Counted from the first letter of the stretch, positions 38,854-48,986 are shown. The stretch is DNA of 60,564 nucleotides from Candidatus Thorarchaeota archaeon (GCA_048883105.1 JBHLQY010000002.1:1-60564), one strand, 5' to 3'. Translations and numbers: made by a program. Notes: generated by a model from the sequence alone, not told the origin.

Positions 38854-38871
38854 TTTTTTTATAAGTTTTTT
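38854..38871 (+). terminator. T-rich tract after the thermosome stop codon
   Basis: The stop at 38849-38851 is followed by gaa ttttttt ataag tttttt. Confidence 0.4.
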
Positions 38872-39042
38872 CTCTCTCTTTTTTAAATTTTATTCATAAA
38901 AAATATTCAAATTTATTAATTTTCATCCTAAAGTCAAGAGTAAACAATTTTATGAAGGCAAATTCAATCTTTAAATATTGAAGAATCTATTAATAAATAT
39001 ACTAAAAATAATTAATACAAAAATGTTTGGAGGTAAAATTAT

Positions 39043-40833
39043 ATGGTTATGGTTAATGGAGCGCAATTAATTGTACGCGCGTTAAGTAACCAAGGAGTTA
39101 AAGTTATTTGGACTCTATGTGGAGATAACGATTTAATCTATAATTACTGCCACGACAAATCATGTACAGAAACGGGGATAGATATTATTGATTTTCGTCA
39201 TGAACAAGCAACGGGACATGCTGCTATTGGCTATTATTTAGCTACAGGTGAAATTGGAGTTTGTTCAGTCCAATCAGGTCCTGGAATTACAGATTTATAT
39301 CCTTCAATTCCTATAGCTTGGGATTCTTCAATACCTTTAGTCGCAATCTGTACGGCGACGCCATTGATGGAATTTGAGAAATTGGCTGCAAATGAGATCG
39401 ATGTAGTGCCTTCATTTCGTCCAGTAACAAAATGGGCGGGATATTGCCATGAAACGGCTCGATTACCTGAATATGTAAATATGGCCTTTAGAATAGCTTC
39501 AACGGGACGTCCTGGGCCTGTTCTCTTGCTTGTTCCGTTTGATGTGATAGTTAAGGAATGTGATGATGAGTTAAATATTGTACAACAAGCTTTCCAACCT
39601 GTTGAAAAACTTCGTACTTTTCACGGTCCATATGGAAATGAAGAAATTGTTTCCAAAGCTGTCGATCTATTATTAAATGCTGAGCGTCCTTTAATCATGG
39701 CAGGTACGGGAACGAACTTTTCAGGAGCTTCCAAAGAGCTTATAGAATTTGCAGAATTAGCTCAAATCCCTGTAGGAATGTGGGGTTGGGGCCTTGGATC
39801 AATTCCTCCTGATCATCCGTTGTATTTTGGATTGGCAAGCCCTTTAGATGGACCTGGTACTACATTGCTTCAAAGAGCTGATGTCTTACTTATATTAGGA
39901 GCGAGGATTACTGGAATGATGATGTTTGGTTATATGCCGTGTTTCGGTGATAACGCGAAACTCATACAAGTAGACATTAAGGCTGAAGAAATCGGGAGAA
40001 ATCGAGGTATCGATGTACCAATAGTTGGAGATGTAAAAGGAGTACTGACTCAAATGATTAATATAACAAAAACAAAAATTAGTTCCTCTAGAACTGAAAC
40101 TCCATGGATTAAGACTATACAAGCTGAAGTAAAAAAATTCTACGATCGAATTGAAAAAGACGGATCTACCGATAAAATTCCCATCCATCCGCAGCGCTTA
40201 GTTAAGGAGATCGGTGAGTTTATGCCTGAAGATTCGTTTATCATTCTAGATGGTGGAGATACTACAGTTTGGGGCCTTACTGGTTTAAAATCCTATTTTC
40301 CTAAGTCTTTGTATTTTTCAGGAGGTTTAGGTATTCAACATCTTGGTGGAGGCGTTCCTATAGCTATTGCTACCAAATATGCTCATCCTGATAGGAAGGT
40401 ATTAGTCTTAACTGGTGATGGTTCATTTTTATTTAATGGAAAGGAAATTGACACGGCACGTAGGCACGATCTTCCATTTGTAGTTATCATATGCAACGAT
40501 AGACTTTGGGGAATGGTCGCTAGAGGTCAAAAATTAGTACATGGAAGAAAATTTTTTGGTTTAGGTTCATCTCTAAGCGACGAAACGAGATATGATAAAT
40601 ATGCCGAAGCTTTCAATTGTTATGGAGAATTAGTAGCAGATCCAAACGAAATTCGTCCTGCTTTAAAACGTGCTTTTGATTCTGGTCTTCCTGCGATTAT
40701 AGATGTGCGAGTAAATCCTAAAGTAAATACTGTAATGGATTACTTGGCAAAAGAAGCTTATAATCCCGGATCTTGGAAACGCGAAGTGGAGAAAAAAGAA
40801 GAAGTTGTTGAATTAGTTACAGTTAGAAAATAA
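39043..40833 (+). CDS. Thiamine-diphosphate-dependent enzyme (acetolactate synthase / sulfoacetaldehyde acetyltransferase-like)
   Basis: - The N-terminal PYR domain is GAQLIVRALSNQGV...HEQATGHAA...GPG.
- The C-terminal TPP motif is GDGSFLFNGKEIDTARRHDLPFVVIICND.
- A ggaggt Shine-Dalgarno-like element lies 8 nt upstream. Confidence 0.8.
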   Translation: MVMVNGAQLIVRALSNQGVKVIWTLCGDNDLIYNYCHDKSCTETGIDIIDFRHEQATGHAAIGYYLATGEIGVCSVQSGPGITDLYPSIPIAWDSSIPLVAICTATPLMEFEKLAANEIDVVPSFRPVTKWAGYCHETARLPEYVNMAFRIASTGRPGPVLLLVPFDVIVKECDDELNIVQQAFQPVEKLRTFHGPYGNEEIVSKAVDLLLNAERPLIMAGTGTNFSGASKELIEFAELAQIPVGMWGWGLGSIPPDHPLYFGLASPLDGPGTTLLQRADVLLILGARITGMMMFGYMPCFGDNAKLIQVDIKAEEIGRNRGIDVPIVGDVKGVLTQMINITKTKISSSRTETPWIKTIQAEVKKFYDRIEKDGSTDKIPIHPQRLVKEIGEFMPEDSFIILDGGDTTVWGLTGLKSYFPKSLYFSGGLGIQHLGGGVPIAIATKYAHPDRKVLVLTGDGSFLFNGKEIDTARRHDLPFVVIICNDRLWGMVARGQKLVHGRKFFGLGSSLSDETRYDKYAEAFNCYGELVADPNEIRPALKRAFDSGLPAIIDVRVNPKVNTVMDYLAKEAYNPGSWKREVEKKEEVVELVTVRK

Positions 40834-40851
40834 ATTTTTTTGATAAGTATA

Positions 40852-41868
40852 ATGAAAGCCGCATTATATGAAGGTAAACAAAAAATTCGCATTGTAGAGA
40901 TCCCGAAACCTATCCCCCAAAAGAGAGATGTTTTAATAAATGTGAAATATGCTGGAATTTGTGGGTCAGACTTAGAATTCTATAAAACTGGATTGTGGCC
41001 AGATAAGGGTGTACTGGGACATGAAATAACGGGAACAATAGCAGAAAAGGGCCCTGAAGTTTCAAAGAAATGGAAAGAAGGTGATCGAGTATCTATCGAT
41101 CCTACCTTGGATTGCGGAAAATGTTTTTATTGCAAGAGTGGACTCACAAATTTATGTACTGGTGGAGATGCAATAGGATTGGGGCATAACGGAGGTTTTG
41201 AAGAATACCTGCTTTGTCCAGAACATTGTCTCGTTTCTCTTCCAGATACTATTCCAGATAAGCACGGTACCGTTTTTGACCAAATTGGAACAGCGCTACT
41301 TGCTTTAAGAGAATCAAACTTTATAGCTGGTAATTCTGCGGTTGTATTAGGTCTAGGCACAATGGGCCAGTTTATGCTACAATGTTTAAAACTCGCAGGA
41401 GCTAGTACTATTGTAGTCGTTGAAAAAAATCTAAATAGGCTTGAAATTGCGAAAAAATTCACTCCAGATATCGCTTTAACAAAGCTTTTATTACCGAAGA
41501 TTAAAAGATCCAATAAGCGTAATCTATCAGGAGTAGATTACGTATTTGAATGTTCGGGTGTCCCTTTATTAGTAAATGCTGCGCTTGATATAATACGCAA
41601 GGGTGGTACTATTGTACAAATCGGACTTTGGGATAAACCCGTCGCAATTAATCTTCTTAAATTAGTGATGAATCAGAATCGTATTCAAGGAATAATGGGT
41701 TATTTACGCGAAAATTTTGAATTTGCTGTGGATTTAGTTGCCCGGAAACTAATTAATCCCGACCCTATTATAACAAAAATAATTCCATTGGATGATATTG
41801 TTGAAGAAGGATTTGAGTGCGCTATTGATCCCGACACAAGAGAAATCAAAATTCTTGTAGAACCATAA
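40852..41868 (+). CDS. Zinc-dependent medium-chain alcohol/polyol dehydrogenase
   Basis: - The catalytic zinc region is GICGSDLEFY...GHEITG.
- The structural zinc cluster is CGKCFYCKSGLTNLC.
- The Rossmann motif is VLGLGTMG. Confidence 0.8.
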   Translation: MKAALYEGKQKIRIVEIPKPIPQKRDVLINVKYAGICGSDLEFYKTGLWPDKGVLGHEITGTIAEKGPEVSKKWKEGDRVSIDPTLDCGKCFYCKSGLTNLCTGGDAIGLGHNGGFEEYLLCPEHCLVSLPDTIPDKHGTVFDQIGTALLALRESNFIAGNSAVVLGLGTMGQFMLQCLKLAGASTIVVVEKNLNRLEIAKKFTPDIALTKLLLPKIKRSNKRNLSGVDYVFECSGVPLLVNAALDIIRKGGTIVQIGLWDKPVAINLLKLVMNQNRIQGIMGYLRENFEFAVDLVARKLINPDPIITKIIPLDDIVEEGFECAIDPDTREIKILVEP

Positions 41869-41904
41869 AATTCTATTTTTTTTAAAAATTTTTGGAATTA
41901 TCAT

Positions 41905-43227
41905 ATGGAAAAAAAAATTGTTTTAGTGGGGGCAGGAAGTGCAGTTTTTGGGCCATCAATGTTGTCCGATATTTTTTTGAGCAATGTTTTGAATGGGTCC
42001 ACGATAGTTTTACACGATATTGACAAAAAGAAATTAGAAATTATCTATGAATTAATGATTGCTGAAAATGAGAAAAGAGAAAATAGATTTATTATTGAAA
42101 GGACAACAAATAGATCTACTGCTTTTAAAAATGCTGATTTTATAATAAGTTCAATTGAAGTAGGGGATAGATTTGAGTTACGCTGGCAAGATCATAAAAT
42201 CCCGCTTAAATATGGTGCAAGAACAAGGATGGGTGAATGTGGAGGTCCTGGTGGATTTTTTCATTCTGCACGCATCATTCCTGAAGTTGTTAAAATCGTA
42301 CAGGATGCTGAGAAAATTTGTCCAAACGCTTTATTTATTAACTATTCAAATCCAGTAGCAAGAGTTTGTTTGGCAATTAAAAGAGCAACTAAAAATCTAA
42401 AGTTTATAGGTCTCTGTCATCAGATAGAATTCTTCAACAAGCATTTTCCAAGAATGCTCAATAAACCATTAGAAGATCTAAAGATGACAGTAATAGGTTT
42501 AAATCATTTTGGCTTCCTAATCGGTTTAGAGGAATTTAAAACTGGAAAAGATCTAATGCCCGAATTCCATTCAAAATGTTTAGAATATTTCAAGGACAAA
42601 TGGGATAGATTTGAGTTCGCAGATTTAACTTTTGAAGTTTACAAAAGATTTGGATATTTCCCTCATGCGGGAGATAATCATATAGTTGAATACATGCAAT
42701 TTGGTGATGAATATACGAAAGTTCAAGATTTAGTTGATTGGATTGATCTCATGGAACAACAGGGAAGCGCAATCAACTATAAAGTCTATAATACTTATAA
42801 ACGATTAAAAAAAGGAAAATATCCTAAAGCAGGGATGTTATTAAAAAACCCATCTGGAGAGCGAGCCATACCAATAATAGAAGCGATTTTAACCGATAGT
42901 AATTCATATGAGAGCTCTGTAAATGTTCCAAATGAAGGAATTGTTGACAATTTACCTCAAGATTTAATTTTAGAGGGGCCTGTTACAGTAAATAAAGATG
43001 GCATCCATGGTCTAAGGCTTGGAACCTTGCCAAAAAGTATTGCAGCTTTATTAAGAATTGAAGCGTCAATTCAAGATTTATGCGTTGAGGCAATTTTAAC
43101 ACGTTCAAAAGATTTAGCTATTGCTTGCTTAGTTATTGACCCAAAGGTTGGAAGCTTTAAGATGGCGGAAAATATTTATAACGAATTGAGAGACCTTCAG
43201 AAAGATTACTTGCCAAAATTTAAATAA
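41905..43227 (+). CDS. Glycoside hydrolase family 4 (NAD/Mn-dependent alpha-glucosidase/galactosidase-like)
   Basis: KIVLVGAGSAVFG at the N-terminus, NYSNPVARV, GLCHQ and GLNHFGF. Confidence 0.8.
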   Translation: MEKKIVLVGAGSAVFGPSMLSDIFLSNVLNGSTIVLHDIDKKKLEIIYELMIAENEKRENRFIIERTTNRSTAFKNADFIISSIEVGDRFELRWQDHKIPLKYGARTRMGECGGPGGFFHSARIIPEVVKIVQDAEKICPNALFINYSNPVARVCLAIKRATKNLKFIGLCHQIEFFNKHFPRMLNKPLEDLKMTVIGLNHFGFLIGLEEFKTGKDLMPEFHSKCLEYFKDKWDRFEFADLTFEVYKRFGYFPHAGDNHIVEYMQFGDEYTKVQDLVDWIDLMEQQGSAINYKVYNTYKRLKKGKYPKAGMLLKNPSGERAIPIIEAILTDSNSYESSVNVPNEGIVDNLPQDLILEGPVTVNKDGIHGLRLGTLPKSIAALLRIEASIQDLCVEAILTRSKDLAIACLVIDPKVGSFKMAENIYNELRDLQKDYLPKFK

Positions 43228-43423
43228 CTAATTCTTACAGTAGTTTGCTGAAAACTTTTTAATGCCTTTTTTTCTTTTATTAAAGTTTATACTTTAATAA
43301 TGAACAAAAGTATAAGATTTTTCGAGAAAAGTATAATTCTTTTACACTTTAATAAAATTTTTATGTGTTCATTCCATATTATATTTAGAAGTTTATAAAA
43401 TCTTTCAAAGCTAATAATAAAAT

Positions 43424-45337
43424 ATGATTAATATGGACTCGTCAATAAATTCAAAATCATTTGGTTCTGATGTTATTGACCAAGAAAACATCGATAAGCT
43501 TTTTGCTTTAAATAACGAGCATGTTTTAAAAATCGTTAAGAAATTTGTCTCGCTATGCAAGCCAAATAAAGTGACAGTAATCACTGATTCCCAAGAAGAT
43601 ATAGATTATGTTAGGCAAAAGGCTATTGATATTGGAGAAGAATCTAAATTATCAATAGAGGGTCATACAATCCATTACGACGCGTTTTCCACTATGAATT
43701 ATCACGACCAAGCAAGAGATAAAACAAATACTAAAGTATTGGTCCCTAAAGGTGATTATGCAAGTCCATGGATTAATACAATTGATAGAAGTGAGGGTTT
43801 GAAAGAAATTGAGGAAATCATGGATGGTTGCATGAAAGGAAGTGAATGTATAGTTCGATTCTTTTGTTTAGGTCCAATTAATTCGAAGTTTTCAATCCTA
43901 GCATTACAACTAACTGATTCACTATATGTATGTCATAGTGAGGATATCCTTTACAGAAAAGGTTATGAAGAATTTAATAAATTAAATGGTTCTAGTGATT
44001 TCTATTATTTCATTCATTCTGCTGGAGAACTCGAAGGAAATCCCCCAGTTTCAAAAAATCTTGATAAACGAAGGATTTATGTAGATTTACAAGAAAATCG
44101 TGTTTTATCCGTGAATAACCAATACGCGGGAAACTCTCTAGGACCGAAAAAACTCGCTCTTAGATTGGCAATAAATCAATCAAATAAAGAGGATTGGTTA
44201 GCAGAACATTATTTCATTCTTGGAGTACATCCTAAGGAAAAAGATCGAGTTTCATACTTTTGCGGTGCATACCCAAGTGCATGCGGTAAAACAAGCACGG
44301 CAATGCTTCCAGGACAAACTGTTATGGGTGATGATATCGTATACATTAGACCATGGAATGACGGTTATGCTCATGTAGTCAATATTGAACAAGGACTTTT
44401 TGGTATAATTAAGGATGTAAATCCTGAGGATGACCCATTTATTTGGGATGCAATTACGACTCCCCGAGAAACAATTTTTTCTAACGTGCTTATTAAAGAA
44501 GGAACACCTTATTGGATCGGAGATGGAAGAGAAATCCCAGAGAAGGGTAAGAACTTCTCAGGAGAATGGTACAAGGAGAAGAAGGATAAAGATAACAAAG
44601 ATATTCCCCATGCTCATCCAAATGCTAGATACACTGTTCGAATTGAAGAATTAAAAAATGCTGATGAAAATTTACATAACCCAGATGGAGTACCAGTATA
44701 TGGAATCTTTTACGGTGGAAGGGATTCTGATACAATGCCTCCAGTACTTGAGAGTTTCAATTGGGATCATGGTGTTTTTCTTGGTGCCTCGATAGAATCT
44801 GAAACAACCTCCGCCACGCTTGGTCAAGAAGGAATGAGAACCCAACAACCAATGGCTAACTTGGATTTTGTTGTAATACCACTTGGCAAATATTTGGAGA
44901 ACCATAAGAAGTTTGGAAATAATTTAGAACACCCTCCTAAAGTATTTGCGACGAATTATTTTCTTAAAAATCAGGAGGGTAAGTATTTAAATGGCATGCT
45001 AGATAAATTATGTTGGATTATTTGGGCAGAAGGTCGTTCTCATGGAGATTTTGAGGCAATTCAGACACCAGTAGGGTATATTCCAAAATATGAGGATTTG
45101 AAAGAATTGTTCAATAGATACTTAGAGAAAGATTATTCTAAAAAAGAATACGAAGAGCAGTTTGAAATTAGAGTCGCTAAACTATTAGAAAAGTTGGAAC
45201 GAATAGAGATAATGTATAAGAAAGAAGAGAATGTTCCCGACTTTTTCTGGAAAATTCTTTATGATGAACGAGACAAGCTTTTAGTTCTTAAAAAAAAATA
45301 CAGAAAAGAAATAATTTCTCCCTTTGAATTCTTATAA
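43424..45337 (+). CDS. pckG: Phosphoenolpyruvate carboxykinase (GTP)
   Basis: - The kinase-1a motif is FCGAYPSACGKTS.
- GDDIVYIRP and NARYTV are present.
- FYGGRDSDTMPPV is also present.
- 637 aa. Confidence 0.9.
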   Translation: MINMDSSINSKSFGSDVIDQENIDKLFALNNEHVLKIVKKFVSLCKPNKVTVITDSQEDIDYVRQKAIDIGEESKLSIEGHTIHYDAFSTMNYHDQARDKTNTKVLVPKGDYASPWINTIDRSEGLKEIEEIMDGCMKGSECIVRFFCLGPINSKFSILALQLTDSLYVCHSEDILYRKGYEEFNKLNGSSDFYYFIHSAGELEGNPPVSKNLDKRRIYVDLQENRVLSVNNQYAGNSLGPKKLALRLAINQSNKEDWLAEHYFILGVHPKEKDRVSYFCGAYPSACGKTSTAMLPGQTVMGDDIVYIRPWNDGYAHVVNIEQGLFGIIKDVNPEDDPFIWDAITTPRETIFSNVLIKEGTPYWIGDGREIPEKGKNFSGEWYKEKKDKDNKDIPHAHPNARYTVRIEELKNADENLHNPDGVPVYGIFYGGRDSDTMPPVLESFNWDHGVFLGASIESETTSATLGQEGMRTQQPMANLDFVVIPLGKYLENHKKFGNNLEHPPKVFATNYFLKNQEGKYLNGMLDKLCWIIWAEGRSHGDFEAIQTPVGYIPKYEDLKELFNRYLEKDYSKKEYEEQFEIRVAKLLEKLERIEIMYKKEENVPDFFWKILYDERDKLLVLKKKYRKEIISPFEFL

Positions 45338-45351
45338 AAAAACTTCTTTAC

Positions 45352-45359
45352 TTTTTTTT
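45352..45359 (+). terminator. Oligo-T tract (8 T) between the convergent pckG and vWA genes
   Basis: TAA at 45335-45337 is followed 14 nt later by tttttttt. Confidence 0.35.
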
Positions 45360-45410
45360 GAATAATAATTCTTATAAACTTCTGGTTAGGCAAAAAAAGT
45401 AATTTAACTA

Positions 45411-46571
45411 CTATTTAAATGTACGATGGCAATTTGGGCATCTTTTAAGACCAGACGTAATCATTTTATGGCAATAGGGGCATAACATAAATTTCCATTC
45501 ATCATCGCCAAATTCAGGGACGGGAACTTCTTCTGATTCATCATCTAAATTTCCAATACTTTCAAAAGTTTTTGGATTTGCCATAGGAGTTTCAGCAGAA
45601 ACAATTTTTGGTACCTCTCCAGCTTCTAAACTTATTAGATAATCGTGAATATCCTCCAGATTTTTTTCTGGCAAAATCTGTGCTAATTCAACTTTTTTTG
45701 CTAATTTCATTCTTTGTACAAAATCTTTGTCAAGTTTGATCAAGTTATAGCAGTTATGACATCTAAATACGTGAGATATTCCAATTGACGATTTCGAGGT
45801 CCACAGAGCCCAACAGGCCTTATGGGCTATAATATCGCAATTGGGGCACTTCACAATAGATCTATCATCTTTTTGAAAACATATTGAACAAACTTCTGGT
45901 TCTTCTATTTCTATAGGAATTTCTGCCAAATTTATGTAAAATGGTTGATTCTCAGGTGGAATAATATAATCCTTACCTTCGATTAAGGAATTCACTTCTA
46001 TTTCTCGTTTTAACGCTAGAAATTCTAACATATCAGATAATAAAGTTATACTATTTATTTCATGGATGCCTCCATTACATCTTCTCACTAAATTCATTAA
46101 TTTTGCATCTTCTTCATAATCATCTACATTAAGTCTAACTATATCTATAAAAAAAGGCATATCTTTAACTTGATCTATTAAATTTTCTAATACTGGCATA
46201 TATAATTTAGATATTTTAGGAGATCCAGAGTCGGTTAAAATAATTAAACGAAATGTTTTTTCTGAAATTTTTTTAAAAACATCAATAATAAATGAAATCG
46301 CGACAAATATACCCCCCCCTATATTTCCTCTTACAATCACGGGCTCTAATGACTTTAGAGCAATTAGAATATTTTCAGGATTTAATGTGAAGTTTTCGAG
46401 ATAATTTGGACCATCTTCTTGAAATAAAATAATGTTAAACCTACTACTTTCGTCAATCTTTTTCTTTATCTCGCAAAAATGTTCTAAGGCATTATAAACG
46501 AGTTCCATAAAAGTTACACCTGGCGTAAAAGCATTAAGTATTAATGTGTCCTCTGATCTAGTTTTTGCCAT
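45411..46571 (-). CDS. vWA-like domain protein with a C4HC3 (PHD/RING-variant) zinc finger and a C-terminal zinc ribbon
   Basis: - The N-terminal approximately 190 aa have a vWA-like strand/helix pattern (RFNIILF, RLIILTDSG, FIDIVRL) without a DxSxS MIDAS motif.
- The finger is C228-x2-C-x10-C-x2-C-x4-H-x2-C-x17-C-x2-C274.
- The zinc ribbon is C364-x2-C-x10-C-x2-C381. Confidence 0.6.
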   Translation of the reverse strand: MAKTRSEDTLILNAFTPGVTFMELVYNALEHFCEIKKKIDESSRFNIILFQEDGPNYLENFTLNPENILIALKSLEPVIVRGNIGGGIFVAISFIIDVFKKISEKTFRLIILTDSGSPKISKLYMPVLENLIDQVKDMPFFIDIVRLNVDDYEEDAKLMNLVRRCNGGIHEINSITLLSDMLEFLALKREIEVNSLIEGKDYIIPPENQPFYINLAEIPIEIEEPEVCSICFQKDDRSIVKCPNCDIIAHKACWALWTSKSSIGISHVFRCHNCYNLIKLDKDFVQRMKLAKKVELAQILPEKNLEDIHDYLISLEAGEVPKIVSAETPMANPKTFESIGNLDDESEEVPVPEFGDDEWKFMLCPYCHKMITSGLKRCPNCHRTFK

Positions 46572-46749
46572 ATTAAATTTTTCCTTTTAATAATCAAATT
46601 CTTACTGTCATTATTATCTATTTTTAATAAATAATTATATTCCAAAAAAGTTAATTAATTTTAGTTCTTTTTAATGAAGCACCTTAACAATTCATTATAA
46701 TATATTGATATTATACTTTTTTTTAAACTACTTTTATCCTTTTAAATTT

Positions 46750-46941
46750 ATGACTATAAAGGATGAATTTCAAAAAGAAATTAAGTTTTCGGACTATAAT
46801 AATAAGAGCTTGATGAAATATTATAATGATTTAGATAAAGCTGTGGCATCAAATAATGTTCAATCTATTTGGCAACTTTCAAAAATAATTACAAGATATC
46901 GTCTAAAATTCTTGGATCATAAAAATAAAAAATCACGTTAA
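46750..46941 (+). CDS. Hypothetical small protein
   Basis: 63 aa counted from the ATG at 46750; the ORF track uses a TTG at 46705. No motifs. Confidence 0.3.
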   Translation: MTIKDEFQKEIKFSDYNNKSLMKYYNDLDKAVASNNVQSIWQLSKIITRYRLKFLDHKNKKSR

Positions 46942-46959
46942 AGTCCACAGTGATTTTAT

Positions 46960-47286
46960 ATGAAATGGAAGATCTTTAATGAGAACAAATACCTAAAAAG
47001 ATTGGAAAAGACTCTTAGATTTCATGAATTATATAAGTTTGATAATAAAAAGATTCAGAAATGCAAATTCAAATTAATTTCTGAGCTCGTTCATGATTTG
47101 TTTAAGTATAAAAACTGCCGGGATTGCTTTATTAATATATCTAATTTAATAATATTGTTTTTAACGATTTTTGAAGAAGACTTGCCATTTGATATTTATT
47201 CAGGATATGACGACGAAATTGAGTTAATAGATGAAGATGTTGAATATAGAAATATATTAAGGGAAGAATTTAATGGATTTCTATAA
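46960..47286 (+). CDS. Hypothetical small protein
   Basis: 108-aa ORF with an ATG start and no motifs. Confidence 0.35.
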   Translation: MKWKIFNENKYLKRLEKTLRFHELYKFDNKKIQKCKFKLISELVHDLFKYKNCRDCFINISNLIILFLTIFEEDLPFDIYSGYDDEIELIDEDVEYRNILREEFNGFL

Positions 47287-47412
47287 AAAGCAAATTAATT
47301 TCTGTTTTTAAATCCTTTTTTTTCCTGTTTTATTCAATAATGCTCTTTAATTCTTTTATAGAGTATATAAATTCACTCAATTTATTATATTATAGACTTT
47401 TTACTGGTCAGA

Positions 47413-47450
47413 ATCATAAAGATAATATTTAATTCTATATTTTACAAAAC
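47413..47450 (+). promoter_or_regulatory. Conserved AT-rich promoter-proximal element, copy 1 (shared with 48987-49024)
   Basis: atcataaagataatatttaattctatattttacaaaac ends exactly at the ATG. About 30 of 38 positions match copy 2 in an ungapped alignment done by eye. Confidence 0.45.
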
Positions 47451-48908
47451 ATGAGTGAGGCATTAAAACCTCGAGAATTACATGGAACAAAATTATTTGG
47501 ATATTCTGTAGGATTTTTTGGACTATTTTTAACTAATCTCTTAATTTCCGTATTTGCCTTTCAATTCTATGTTTACACAGTTAATTTAAATTCTTTAATT
47601 GTATCTATCGGAATTGCTATCCGCTTAATTCTTGCGGCTGTGTTTTCTATTGTTTTCGGGGTAATGACAGATAATAAAAAGCCGGGGCGTTTCGGAAAAC
47701 GGCGACCCTTTTTAATCTATGGATTACCTATTTGGGTTTTAACTAGTATCTTAATATGGCTCCCTCCTTGGTATGGTCCAAAGAATAATTCAATTTTTTT
47801 ACCTACAGCGATTTATTTTTGGATTATAATCATTTTAAATTCAATATCAGGAACTTCAATCTTGACGGCACACATATCAATGCTGCCTGAACAGGCTCAA
47901 ACCCATAATAACCGAAAGAGTGTAGCATCAATGAATACATTTTTCACCATTATTGCTTCAACTTTGGCTCTTTTACTCCCATTGATGATTCAGAGCATAC
48001 TTGAAGATCCAACCTCCGTTAAATGGTGGGAGCCTTCGGGAAAAGTAATCCTTTTTTATATGCCATTGATAGGAATCGCATTTGTTCTTTTTGGATTAAT
48101 TTCATTAATTTTAACATTTTTTTCTGTAGATGAGAGCTTTCATAAAACCTCTCAAAACGCTGAAATGAAAAAAAAATCAATTTTAGCTACTTTTCAACAA
48201 ATGGTAATTCCTGCCAAGGATAAAAAGTATAGAAAGTATCTGGCTGTACGATATTTTAATAGTTATGGAAGCAGAATTTTAGGTATTTTGGTTATACCTT
48301 TTCTTGCTTTTGTGCTCAAATTTAAGGGAAACGACTTTTATATTTATGTTATTGTTTCAATTTTCTGTAAGTTTGGATGGTTCTTTATTTGGAAAAAAAT
48401 TCTCGAAAAAGAAAAACATTCTTTTATTAAAATATATTCTCTATGTATTGCTAGCTCCGTAATAGCGTCATTCTTAGAGTTTTTTTTTTTAATTAATATT
48501 CTTTCTTTTGAGTTTAAAATTATTCTATTTGTCATAACTATAGGTACAGTATTGGGAGCTATTTATTCGTTTAGATTGTTTGCTACTCCCTTAGCAGGTA
48601 CGTTAGTTTACGAAGCTGCCTTAAAAGTTGAAAATAATGATAAAGATAAAGCTGTTTCTGAACTTTCGGGGGCTTATTTCGGTTTACAAACTTTTATAAT
48701 GTCTATTGGTCAAGCTTCAGCCACTATTATGATAGGAATTATTCTCATGGGACCAAATTCGGAGAATCCTATAATTATTACGCTATTATTATCTTCCATG
48801 GGCATTTTTTTCTTAATTAGCTTGTTAATTGTCGGACGAATTAAATTAGAAAAACCCATATCTGATATTGATACTTTTAGTATTGAAAGTAAAGAGATTC
48901 GAGAATAG
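47451..48908 (+). CDS. GPH-family (glycoside-pentoside-hexuronide:cation symporter-like) MFS transporter, copy 1
   Basis: About 12 hydrophobic segments. The loop 2-3 signature GVMTDNKKPGRFGKRRPFLIYG matches the D...G(K/R)RRP motif of MelB/GPH transporters. Confidence 0.8.
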   Translation: MSEALKPRELHGTKLFGYSVGFFGLFLTNLLISVFAFQFYVYTVNLNSLIVSIGIAIRLILAAVFSIVFGVMTDNKKPGRFGKRRPFLIYGLPIWVLTSILIWLPPWYGPKNNSIFLPTAIYFWIIIILNSISGTSILTAHISMLPEQAQTHNNRKSVASMNTFFTIIASTLALLLPLMIQSILEDPTSVKWWEPSGKVILFYMPLIGIAFVLFGLISLILTFFSVDESFHKTSQNAEMKKKSILATFQQMVIPAKDKKYRKYLAVRYFNSYGSRILGILVIPFLAFVLKFKGNDFYIYVIVSIFCKFGWFFIWKKILEKEKHSFIKIYSLCIASSVIASFLEFFFLINILSFEFKIILFVITIGTVLGAIYSFRLFATPLAGTLVYEAALKVENNDKDKAVSELSGAYFGLQTFIMSIGQASATIMIGIILMGPNSENPIIITLLLSSMGIFFLISLLIVGRIKLEKPISDIDTFSIESKEIRE

Positions 48909-48986
48909 ATTTTCAACTATATATAAATTAAATCACTTGTCTTTTGAATACTTTAACATTTTCCATCGTCATCTTCAGTCTCTAAT

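Noticed and set aside
44430-44905. ORFs 44430-44654 (+) and 44672-44905 (-) inside pckG.
   Set aside because: They are alternative-frame or antisense ORFs within a well-supported GTP-PEPCK gene.
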